In this document: positions 50,701 through 62,690 of the stretch, piece by piece
Layout: each line of letters starts with the position of its first letter
How positions within the stretch are numbered: the first letter of the stretch is position 1
Assembly (NCBI GenBank): GCA_030141605.1
Contig: JAQGDQ010000396.1
Location: 1 to 64,000 of the forward strand
Direction of reading: 5' to 3'
DNA length: 64,000 bases
From: Tubiluchus corallicola
Taxonomy: Eukaryota > Animalia > Priapulida
The notes under the pieces: generated by a model
The model's input: the letters and a program-made list of their open reading frames with translations, nothing else
Database searches by the model: none
Told to the model about the DNA's origin: nothing
Made by a program: the position numbers and the translations under genes

Positions 50701-53288
50701 CTCCTGTTCCTGGCTGCCTTACAATAATGACCCTTTGTTAGGCATTACCACATCACAAAAAATGCCTTTGGTTTGTGCGTTTTCAGTTTTGGCAGCCTGC
50801 CAGTTTTTTCATTTTTTTTGTTCAGCTTCTGTTTTTTGCCATTAAAATATAAAACTTATTATAATTAGCTTACTATACCCTCAATATATTCATCATAGAC
50901 AATGCAGGTAACATCTTCAACCAAAACACTTACTAATTTTGTAAGGTTGTTAAATAAAATCGTATTTCCCTGAAATTCTTTCTAAGTCTAGTGCAAATTT
51001 AAGCATAAGGTGAAAGACTGACTATTAGATTAAACTAATTTGTTAATTCATACAGTAGAGATTTCTTTAATTCAACTCGAATCGCTGTCAGTTAGTCATT
51101 TACTTTCTTTCTCCGTGCAAAATGCATTGATTTGAAAAATTAAAGCAATATTATTAACATATTTCTTTAAAATGCTGATTTTAATCAAAAATATGAATTA
51201 AGCAGTAAATTAAATACAAAATTAAAATAAACTTACAAAAAAGTAGTTAGCAAGTAGGAATTTATAATATTTAACAAGTGGCAAGCGTTAAGGAGACGAT
51301 TTTTACAGAAAAGTATGGCGGTGTAATATCAAATTGGTACGGTAAATACAATGACAACAATAGAAAAAAAAATCGCTATAAAAACATGGCAATAATTCTG
51401 AAATAAAACATGTGCAAAGTGTAGGTATCCAATATTCCTGTGCCATCATTGCATTAATTTTTGTAGTTTTATTACTAGTGGGTTGATTAAATTAGACCCA
51501 AGGCTGCATCGTAATGTGGCTTTTGCTGCTGGCAATCCATTGTTAGTAAAAGCATGGCGTTTCTTTTTTCTTCCCCTGCTCTATTATGCTGGCAATTATT
51601 GATTAAGAAGCGTGTAGGCCGGAAGAACAGCTGCTTGAACAATAGCGTGACAGGTCACAGTAGCAGTTTAAAGAGCCAGGCTTTCTTCTTTGTCCTCTCC
51701 TTTCTTTTGCTCCAGTTGAATTTTAATACGACTTTAAAGACCACATGCTTGCTGGCATCAGTGGGCTGTGCCGGTATTTGGAGCGCGTCGCTATTTTGGT
51801 CCTGCTTGTGTGTTTGTGGTAGGACGCAAAAAAAGCTTGCGGTGGGCCATATGGCGCAACAAAGACGAAAATTACAGCGCTTATACAATTCGTGTAACAT
51901 GCCTGTTATAACGTTTTGTTCAAACGTATAAAAGATTTCTTGCATTGCCACAATGGAAGCTGTCATTAGGCTAGTACTTATTGTGCTTGTATTAATATGC
52001 TCCGTGTGTTTTTGTTGATACTTTCAGTAAATTCAACCAAGCAGATTTTTTAACTTGAAATTTATAGGTTTTTAAATAAGAGGACGCACCAAGAATAGCG
52101 GTTTCTTTAAATATATGTAGAGTATTTTAACCATAAAATGATAACATGATGATAAAAAGGCAATTTTTGTAAAAAAAAGAAAGAAACTTATATCGCTTTT
52201 TGGGTTCTTGAAAAATCTAACTAGTTATAAGTTACGCGCAAATTCTGGATTTCATGAAAAAGCAGTTTATTGCATTATAAATAACACCTGAAAATGTCTC
52301 TACATTGTATTATTCAGAAAAGACGCAAGACAACTATCACATTATACAACACTACATAATATCACCACACAATGTTGTCAGTCTTTGTAAACTCTGCACA
52401 GTTAGAAGGTAATTTGGAAAGCAGTTTCTGCTTGTTGAAGTTTCGATTTTTCTGCGCACTTTTGCAGCCTTTCGTCGGTTTTTAAAAATTTCTTTAAATT
52501 GCATGAACATTCTTTTCTCTATTCTCTTATATAGTCTATTCTAGTATATTCTATTCTAGTATTATTATTCTATTCTTACTATTCCAGTATAATTGTTTAT
52601 ATGCTGAAGTCTATGTTTCACAACAGCAGGCTTATAAACTGAAACCGGGCGTATTTTCTAAACATTTCTATAAAACTTCTCTTCATAAGTAATTTCAATA
52701 GCACGATTCTTGTTGACTTAACAAGAGAAGTTCAGTATAATTCAACAAAGCGGTAAACTCGCCACACTATACAGTTGAAATTGTTAAACTATGATTTTAC
52801 TTATTTAATAATCGATTTCTCAGGGTCAGTGATGCTGCTAGCTTATTTGATGAGTCCTGCTAGCTTATATGATAAGCCCATTATGATTGTTCAATATAGT
52901 GAAACTATGTACATAATAAGTTTAGCACCTGCCTATAGCGACGATATGCTAGGTAGAGGCACGTGGATCTAATTACCAACGATGGCCATCAATCCAACGT
53001 GGCCTCGTTAAAGACAATGGGAGCAAACATTAGGAATAAGACAGCATGTAATTGGTGTAATTTGGGCGCGTGTCGTATCCTTATTGTCACCTGTTTATTG
53101 TTTCTAATTCACCTGCAGTTGACTTTGTAAATGAAACTATCAGTGATGCCCACACTGATCCTCTTTTTCAATCCCTTTGCTTTTTCAGTTTCTTTTTCTT
53201 TGGTTGCCCTCTTCTTTTTTATCGCGGTTCTGCGTATGTTACTTTTCCCGTTCTACTCTTTCTAGCGCGCTTTCTCTTTCTCTCTGTC

Positions 53289-53339
<51 letters not shown>

Positions 53340-56300
53340 CTCCCCTTTTCTCTATCTCCGTAACATCTCTCTGGCATACCCTGTTGGCTTTTCCACGTTT
53401 TCATTCCCGTTTTCCCTTTATTGCTTTGCTTCGTAGTCGCCATCTCCTACGTAGCATAAAACCCTTTTGTTTGTAGTTATACATAATACTCACCAGTCAG
53501 GCTTTGAAAATTATTAAATGAACAGAATAGAATGCCACCGTGTTCTCGCGCTCCCCTTTAGTACCTTACCGACTTTTCCCCTTTCTTAAGTACTTCGCCC
53601 TTTAGTCCCTTACCCTCGCTCCTTTCTTCTTAACTTGCCATATACCCCCAACGACAATAATAAAAAGTTGCTTTTCATCCGAGACGAGTGATTTTTACAC
53701 GCAAAAGTTGTTTACTACTACAACATATACTAGAGATACTCAGATACCTGCAGACAGGTGTAGTGAATGCAGAATATTAGACCCTTGTCCTGCTGTTTGA
53801 TAACTATCATACATTTCACAAGTACTTAATGGTCGTTGTGGAAAGTAGCAATTCTCTAGGGGCGACACCTGTATGCAAATTAGACATTACAAATGGCTGC
53901 TCTTCGTTTCACGCAACCACCCGAAAAATTTAATTTTTTTCAAACTCGCTAATAAATTTTACTGAGCCAGACCTTGTATAAACAACGCGCGACATCAAAA
54001 GTCGGGAATAATTTAGTATTCAGTTGAAGTTTTATTAGCAGTATACATTTTTAATAGTTTCCAATTTAGTATTCTTGAATTTTGATCTCATTTTTATAAT
54101 AAAATTATGACTGGATTAAATTTTAACGCGATCTTGTGTGTTTACGCTGGTGCAGTTCTCTGTTATAATTTTGATGCAAAACTACTATAAGATTTTGACG
54201 TTTTATTTATTATTTTCTTTTCAGTTTTAACATCTATAAATCGCTTTTTGTATTTGAGTAGTTTCTGAAAACTTAAATTTTGGTAGATAAAGAGCCAAGG
54301 GGTGCGTCCATAAAGCGTAACAGCGCTACCGCTTTACCTGGCACGTGCCCTTGCCTAAAGGCTAGTTGTTCGCTCTCTAATTCTCTATTGCTTACATTTT
54401 CTTAACGTTTTTATGATTTTTCTTGGGCATGCATGATTTTCCTTAGGCTTGAGGGTAGGGGAATCCTGAGATGGACATTTCACGTGTACTCTAGTAACTC
54501 TATGACTTTATAATAATTATATTGATAAATCTAATTAAATTGATCGATGATGCACATGCTGAACAACTATATTCTTAATCTAAACAATGAAAGAATAATA
54601 ACGAAAGTTGTTAACCAATAAATCCCTAACTAACGGTTGTGATTAAATTTGTTGAGAGACCATTTTATGCGTAACCACAAAATACCTTTGATATTTGCAT
54701 GTGTTTGAAGGGCAAACGCGAAAGAAGAGCATGAAACGTATTGAAAGGTTAGATATAGATCTTAAAATGAAAATAGTTGCTCGACAAGCGACAGTAATAG
54801 TAGAAAAATTATCACGGGGCCATTACAGTTATTGAGGTTATCACATGCATAAAAGTTTGTCTTTTGAATGAAGAAAAGATCATTGGCAATATGAGCGCTA
54901 GTCTTGACTTTATGTATGCAAGGAAACCTGCCTCACACCAAACCAAGCCGCCGTCTCCCCCGAATCTTATACCATATAAAAATGGCTAATCAGTAATCAT
55001 AGGTATTTGTCTGTTTATCGCATTCACCAGTTCATCCGATATCAAAGCAACAAAAACTGAAATACAAGTTTAACAGTTAAATGACGAATTACATTACAAA
55101 ACGGTATGTCGCACTTAACAAATAAAGTCTCCAAGCTTTTAGCTGAATAGGGAATTTTGGGATAGCAGTACGGGGGCGCTTGGCAGCTTCAGTTATGTGC
55201 CATAATGATCGTCATCAACGTTTTGACTTCTTGTTAATTGCGAATGAAAACGTGCAACATACTTTAAATGGCTGCCGTAGAAAAAAGCTGAAATTTATTG
55301 AAATTCTAGACATATTACTTACCAGCACTTCTTAAAATTAGCACCTAATTTTACAGTTTACGCAGTGGGAAAATAAGAGCCAGGCAGAGAACTCCATGAA
55401 GAAGCAGGTCTGGTAGAAATTTTATGAATGCATGCGCAGCGTGAAGTTAGTTATATATTTATATAAAAACGTCAGGCACTAGGTATTCATACAGTCGAGT
55501 TTAGAACCTACTGAAGCAGATTTTAAAGAAACTACCCAGCCCCTATTCCTTGTTCGTGAGACACCGAGCGAATTTAAGATCTGATATTTTTGTCGCTAAC
55601 ACAAAGAACTGTTGACGGTTATTCTGAGGCAGTTATCCCGATTATCCCTGCAGCGAATGCCTTCCTGAAAGCTAACAAGACATATTCCTTAAGCAGACAA
55701 AGCGCACAGTAGATAAGAAACATCTTCAGATGGGACTTAATTTGAAAACAACTGCGCGGTGGGCACCCCGTCATCTTCGTGCCTATAACTCACAAAGAAA
55801 GATTCTTTTTCACTAAACATCTGTATGTCCATGATTCGAGATGGCGTATCCATTTCGAGGAACACGAGTTTCATTTTTAGAACGACAAAAACGAAGTCAG
55901 ATGCCTCAGATAACCATTCCCTGACTACAAACCGATATTTTCTACTAAAGTCAGGAACTCTCACCTAAATGTATGTGGTTGTCATGTGTTAATCTTGTTA
56001 ATTTTGCTAATTAATGCTAGTTTACCTAGTGGTTTTGTTGTTGACTGACGTAAATGTAACCATAATTGTGACCATAAGTTAAAATCGGCGAACGTCCCAC
56101 AAATTATTATCTCGCATGACTACAACCCAAATTGTAAGATCCTTAGTCCTGGAACCACACTGGTTCTTATACCAGCTCCTATCTTGAGCGTAATTTCTAA
56201 GGTATGTGATTTTGGAGGAGAACCTCTCCCGACCATCTGCCAAGACTTGAAGGCGAAACTGTTCATTTGCATTCAGAAACTTGTCGGTATTTTTTCGCTA

Positions 56301-59300
56301 TTCCATCGGTCAGTTGACGGGCGAGCAAGGCAAAAAGCGAATGATCTGCTGAAACAGACGTAATTACGTACCGACAACATGCAATTAAGCCGACACTGAC
56401 AGATTACCAGCAAATTTTTCGCTTTGAGTTCAACTTGTAAGAGAGACTTTGCAAACTACGAAATGAATGTTTTTCTTGAGTAAGAGAGAAAATTGAAATT
56501 GAACATGACAAAGAAAAATGAATAAAGGACACTAGTTTTACCGTTAATTTTTTACTTTTAGCAGATGTTCATTTTAGGCACGTTTGTAATACAACTGTTT
56601 CTAAGCTTAGGTAGAAATCATACATGTAGGTTAAATTAATTAACCAATAGCTAATAGTCTGATACTATGTCAAATAACCGTGATTTAAAAGCTTGATCAA
56701 TTGATCGCTTCAAATGGAACATACGTTTTTTATTAGGACAGTTTGCAAAAGCAGATTACATTACACTGTACATTGTCATATAATATGGTAGTGTTTCATT
56801 GATTGTGGTGCATTCAATCACTAATGTTTGTGGTGGCATGTTTTGTGATGTTCTACTTGCAACAGAGCGCGGTCTAGGTGCAGTTGAATAAGTTCATAGC
56901 GATCACTGACAAATCTTTGTAACTCCAGATAAAGCATGTATCATCAAGAGGGTTACAAGTTTGCTTTTTCGTGGGCTGGCATATGTATCCGAATTGAGCA
57001 AGTCGTGCATAAAAAATACAGTCTCTACATTTCTAAGAAATTTCTCCATTTATCACTATGCACATTTTGATGCATACTCTAATCTGCCCAAAATAGTTCT
57101 TTCGCAAAGGCCCTTATCACCAGCACCTGCGACTAGATATAGTGTGAAGCCGTTACGATAGATAAGTTTTTTTTTTCAACAAGGACTTTTGGTCCGTCTA
57201 GGTAGTCTAATATCAGCGATAAATTCCGAAAATGCTGTAAAGCAAGATCAGTCAGACGTGCCTGTACAAAATAACAAGTATGTCTGCCAGAGACCTCTTC
57301 CTCAAAAAACTTTTTATTTATGCCAAACTTTTGAACTGCAACCAGTTTCTACCTTTTTGTCGTGTAACTTCAAAATAACGCTGCTTTCCATCCTTCAAGA
57401 CATGTGTATTGTCACTGAGGTGCTTGCTATGAGAATTCTTCAGCGAGGACCCCAGAAAGACCATTCAGCATCAGCAACAATGCGCTCTGCATGTGAGGTC
57501 GGGTTGACCTGCTTGCCGTTTGCTTTGCTTACCGTTTTTTTAGACCACAAGGCCACTACCCCGTCTTGTTTCATTTCATATTATAAATTACAAATTATAC
57601 ATTCGCTGCTGAAATTGCCATGTCTTTGTGCATATAATAAGCTCTGCTGCCGCTTGTTGTTTAGCGTTTTTTAAAGCTTTTGCGGCTGCGGTTTATGCGG
57701 TAGAAATTGGAATAGAAATCCCGGGTAGACAGACCTACTTTCTGATGTGAGATTTACCCGAGATTTCCACAATCTCTGCACCGATTTTATCAAATTCTGT
57801 AGTCTGTCTTATTTCATTTTTACCAGCGTACTATTACAGTGTATTATAGAATCTTAAAATAAGGGCTGCATGTACAGGATAGCGTGGTCGTATATTGCGC
57901 ATTTGGCATTGTATCTTGATGTAGTACTACATAGCATTGTATCTGTTACTAGCATGATGTAATGCTGATACTGTCCATATGTGCGAAATAAAACGATTCT
58001 TATTCTTATCCAATTTCTTTATTAATATCTTAGATTTGGAGGTAAAAACTGGTTTACATTTGCGCGAGAAGTTAATTTGGGTTTTTAGTAATTCTGGTTC
58101 CAATGACAGATGGTTGAACTGTTTAATTAATTGCTAATGAATAGAAAACTTGGTTCAAACAGAAAAGTTGTTTCTTGTACCCGTCAAGACAGTCTCCTTG
58201 ATTCACTGAACTAGCACACTAAATACCCAATCTTGAGTAATCAATCTGCTTACTTCCGTAGCTATTCCCAATCCCACCCCCGCGGTGCGTTCCCTGAGTA
58301 TATGGTTCGCCCCTTCTCTCCGCCTCTAAATATTCAGTGTAAATGTCAAACTCTTCGTTTGTTCTTTTCTTTGGTAAAATTAACCTAATTTGCACGGCTA
58401 AAATTGCTACATTTATGTGGCCAGCATTTTTGCTAACAATTGGGCAGTTAAATGGCAAAAACGGTGGGCGTGAGAGTTGACCATCGGTTTCCCTACAAGC
58501 CATAGATCAGATTCTTAGGTAGTGGTCACCAGCAGCGGGTGGTTTCGTCCGGCTGGAAAAAATCGTAATTATTGAGGTGTTGGTAAATTAAGTTTCAGCA
58601 TTGAAAAAGAAATTGCAGCGTTTAGCCTCGCATATGAAGTGAATACTGAATGTCACCGCTGGAGATGAATTAATGTGGAAGTGGAAAATTTGTGAATGTT
58701 TCCACATACTGGTGGGAAAACATGAATCATTCAATAGCACAGCATTTCGGTTTTTCAACAATAATACTAAGGCATTTGTTACGAGCAAAGTTTAATAGAG
58801 AGGCATATATTTAGAAAAGTTTAGAAAAATTTTAGAAAAGAACTTCTGTGTAGATCTAGTGCTTTCAAAATTTACTCTTGTTCGTAAGTGTAACTGGTCA
58901 ACTTTTTAATTTGGTTTTTCGACTTTGTGTTTAATTATAATAGCTAAGTTGATAAGTGTGCGACGCAGATGGAAGTGTTAACACCACGAGCCTTTCAAAA
59001 CAGTCACAATTTCCCCACTTTAGTTATCGTCTTCCTCACTTAGAAGAGAGAAATACCCGAGTGGTCATGGTGTGTGTTTGCGAAATTGATCATCTCGACA
59101 CAAGTGATCAATTTCGTCATTGATAAGTTTCACATCACAGTGAGAAATTTGCTAAGCGCTTTATTCACTTTGTTGAAATCAGAATCAATCGGGCGGCAAG
59201 TCAGAATGCTTTTGTTTGTGTTTCAGATTTTAACTTCGCCACCAGTCCTGCTTCGATGGTGTGTGCAGCAAGTATAGGAGTGGCCGCACGAGGTCTCTTG

Positions 59301-60052
59301 TCTGAAGAGGAAGCATCTAATCTGCTTCTACAACTTTCTCAGCTAACATCCATGGATTTGGTGAGTAGGCCTATAACATGTAGATCAAGCAACAACGATA
59401 TCAAATTTTAGCTAGGAAGAGAAGTTAAGCATTATAAAAGTTGTCTCTTTTGTGAATTAGACTAGTTTTTTTCTACGGAAAGATCTTTTGTATCTGCAAA
59501 TATACAAAGAATGCTGGGAAACCGGATAAGAAATATAAAATCAATGCAAATTGTGGAAATGTTAGGGATGAATGAGAAAAGTTAGAAAAACTAAGTGGCT
59601 GTCAAGTCTGCAACTCTTCTTTAATTCTAATAGTCTACTAGTCTTGTTTTATAGTTTGAAAATTTGCTTAAAATTATTTTGCTTAGAAAATTTATACACA
59701 CCATCTGTTGTCAACAGTAGCACGAAATCAAATAATGTGAAATGCGTTCTATTGTGCGTTTTAGCAGCAAGTATTGATATGTGCAGAAATTTCCATAGTA
59801 TCTGATGACTTAGGTTTGTAACTGATAAGTACTGTGTTCTGAAGTTTAACCAGTCGTTTGCATTTGTTTCAACTTGTTGTTTATTGTTTACAGGATTTGC
59901 TCAGGTATTGCATAGAACAGGTAGAAATCTTGGTGAGCAATAACCTTCAGACCGCACAAGAGGAATTCGAACCACCAAAGACACCATTATCTCAGAACTT
60001 TGACATTCAGCCAGAGACACCCACAGATGTCAGAGACGTTTACTTGTCATGA
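35448..60052 (+). CDS. CCND: G1/S-specific cyclin D (CCND1/2/3 co-ortholog), 293 aa, 5 exons
   Basis: Exons 35448-35660, 36333-36548, 42558-42717, 59227-59360, 59894-60052 (882 nt, phases compatible). Motifs [65 protein letters not shown] and C-terminal phosphodegron [10 protein letters not shown]. Confidence 0.97.
38238..38298 (+). pseudogene. Degenerate tRNA-Gly-like fragment or SINE head
   Basis: TTGGTGGTTCAGTGGTAG matches the 5' part of eukaryotic tRNA-Gly; anticodon arm and B box are decayed. Confidence 0.45.
41620..41882. promoter_or_regulatory. Candidate enhancer: Sox (ACAAT) and TALE/Meis (TGACA) motif cluster
   Basis: 8 ACAAT/ATTGT and 8 TGACA/TGTCA in 263 bp; three composites ACAATG-NN-YTGTCA with identical spacing. 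Confidence 0.5.
44640..44825. repeat. (TC)n microsatellite in cyclin D intron 3
   Basis: Directly visible. Confidence 0.95.
46330..46435 (-). mobile_element. tRNA-derived SINE-like head
   Basis: Minus strand has A-box-like TAGCTAGTGGTTAGC and B-box-like AGATCGAGTTCC, with a small internal duplication. Confidence 0.45.
48305..48331 (-). promoter_or_regulatory. Composite nuclear-receptor response element (DR1 + DR5, three perfect AGGTCA half-sites)
   Basis: TGACCT-ttgca-TGACCT-c-TGACCT-tgg on the plus strand. Confidence 0.5.
48993..49322. promoter_or_regulatory. Candidate enhancer: two CArG boxes plus NK-class and GATA sites
   Basis: CCTATATAGG at 48993-49002 and 49210-49219; TAAGTG at 49204, 49231, 49268, 49315; WGATAA at 49240 and 49265. 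Confidence 0.5.
53275..53337. repeat. (TC)n microsatellite in cyclin D intron 3
   Basis: Directly visible. Confidence 0.95.
57698..57783. other. Imperfect inverted repeat / long hairpin
   Basis: GAAATCCCGGGTAGA (57715-57729) pairs with TTTACCCGAGATTTC (57753-57767) at 13/15; the stem extends outward imperfectly. Confidence 0.6.
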
Positions 60053-62690
60053 TACTAAATACCAAAATGATTTTAGAGTCTTAGATACCAACTTCATTTC
60101 TTAGCTATCTCTTGTACTTCCTAGGTTTCAAATAAACATTATCACTTATGAACGTTGCAAATGTTCACGTTCAAAATGAACGTTAAATGAGTGTACATTT
60201 TATCACTTATGAAAATTTTCAATACACAATTCAATGTTTGTTGCACTAAAAAGATGTATTGAGTCAACCCAATATAAATAAAAGTTTTTTCAGGTTTTGA
60301 AACGATTTAATGTCCCCCCCCCCTTAGTCGTCATACGTGTCATACTTACCTGGACGATGACTCGGTAAAACTGAGTACTTTTTCTTGTTATTATTCTGAT
60401 ATGATATTTTCATTACATTTATGTGCCATTTATATTTAAGAAAAGTATGTTCGTGGTGAGGTGGTGAACAAACGTCTCACCAGTGGTGACTGGCTGGAGT
60501 CTCCATCTATATGCAACAAATGACAAATCTGTGATATATTATTAGTAGGTTGTATTTGTGGATAAACTTAGAACATCTATTATTGTTTGATCGCATCTAA
60601 TTAATGTAGAATTTTTGTGTACAAAGTTACAACTTACTTGCGTGTATTTGTTAGTTAGGTTTCACAGTTTTATATCAAGGCGTATAACAATGTCTAAACC
60701 TTATTGTTCAAAATGTATCTATCATATCAACTATCTGTACCTATTATATGTTAAAATTATTGTATGAACTACGAGTGTGAAAAATAATTATTTGATTTGT
60801 TCATTTATTTTATATTTTGGTATTACATTGTACATTTCATTGCTATTTTGCTGTTGCAGATAAAATCCTAATAAAAATTGCACAATTTAGAAAAAAGTGA
60901 CTAAAACAGCAAACATAAAGTGTTCACGTTTCAGCCTAAGAAAGAGTCGAAAGGAGTGAACTCTACATCTGAAATTGTGATGAAAAAAATTATTTCGAGT
61001 TGAGACTTTAATTTCCACTTTAATCATGTTGAAATTCTGTGTTGGTTCCTTTTGCTTTGTATTATAAATATTCTTGTAAATACAAGTTGTGAAGTCTAGT
61101 TTAGACTAAGAATGAAGTGAACGACTATCACTTAGCTTACAAGACTTAGTTACTATTTCTCTTAAGCAAACAGTTTTTCTATTTACTGACCTCAGTATTT
61201 GTGTGAAATGTGACTGATGAAATAAATATTTTTTATAACTTAATGAATAATTTTAGTATTTTAATATTTTTACAGAGAGGAATACTTGTTTACATTGCTG
61301 AGAACTGGAAGTTCACTAGTACAAAAATAACTATTTTGCATATACATTATAATTGTTTACTATATACGTAAACATATTATCAACATTGTCGAAAGCGTAC
61401 ATACTTATAGAATGTGTGTGAATGCAAAATAAAAAATAAGCGTTTTAACCGTGTATAAGAAACCACGCATGCTAAATCTCCTTTTCAATCCACATGTAAT
61501 AGCATATTATATCGTGGCAAGTTTTAATATATTTTACTTATTTTATTTACATTATTTACTATAAGAAACCTATTTACATTAGTACTACTACTAATAAAAA
61601 TAGCTTAGACATTGGAGTCATTATCCAGCTGTTAGTAACAGCCATTATTAGTCACTTGAGCTCTCTGCTTTGTTTCAAACAAAAATGACTGCAGGGCAAA
61701 ATGTAAAGCAAGGCATTTTGGCTGTTCATCCTAAAATTCCAAAAATGTAGAAACTAGAAAGTCTGTATTAATATAGACCATCATTCTTTAATGTATAAAT
61801 CACATTATTGTCGTAAGTTACATACAAAAAAATTATGTAATACTATACAAATTTTTATCAGCCTTCTATGTAAGAAACTTTAAAGTTAGTAAAGCAATTT
61901 CACAAAGTACAATCGAGTATCTATTTTTATGACAATACCTCTTTCCAAACTTGCTAATATTCAGATTTCAATTCCTCAACAACGAATTAGACATGAAACG
62001 AAATTATGACATGAAAGGTATGCTGAAACATATATAATTAGCAGTTTCATCATGAAAACTGCAACACTAATAATCTCTTATCTCCTACCCAAACCATAAG
62101 TCAATGCTTATACAAATAACATTCATCAATACCAGCCCAGCACACAAAAACTGCTTCACTAACGCAGCAGTGATAATCGATTCAATAACCGAATATAGTC
62201 GTGTCCTGCCGTTTTACGATAAATCAGGCACAGATGAAAACCACGTGTTCATGCATAAGAAAGCCTTCAAAAGCCTACTATGCAAAGGCATTATTACTTA
62301 ATTTTACTGCAAAGATGATTACTGTTTGTAGTGGAATTTTTGTGGATTTTTGGAAAAATAAGTAGAAAATGGTATCTGCACCGGTAGCTAAAAAATAATT
62401 GATGATTGGAAAAAGCCGAAACTGACTATAATCGATCAGATGGATTATCGGCCATTATTACTGCAAGCAACTGAAACCAATTTATGTATCATAAACTTGC
62501 TTATTACAGCAAAATACGGCAATGCTTATTATTCATTGACATGATAAGTTACTACATATTTCCGTATTACAATGTGCAGCTTCTGTTCAGCACATTCACT
62601 CGTATTTTACACTACCAATACCTCGATATCACTTCTCCACCACAAAATCAAAAAGAAAAATAAATAAACTTGTAAATAACAGAACAAAAG

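Noticed and set aside
57189-57674. 161-aa intronic ORF (also 51554-51931 and 55737-55964)
   Set aside because: No recognisable domain or splice-supported gene structure; treated as chance ORFs pending a homology search.
40683-58545. CTCF-like motifs (about 40684, 48828, 53854, 58529)
   Set aside because: Only partial matches to the core; cannot be supported without PWM scoring.
60342-60500. U1 snRNA gene
   Set aside because: Similarity stops after 12 nt; no U1 stem-loops or Sm site.
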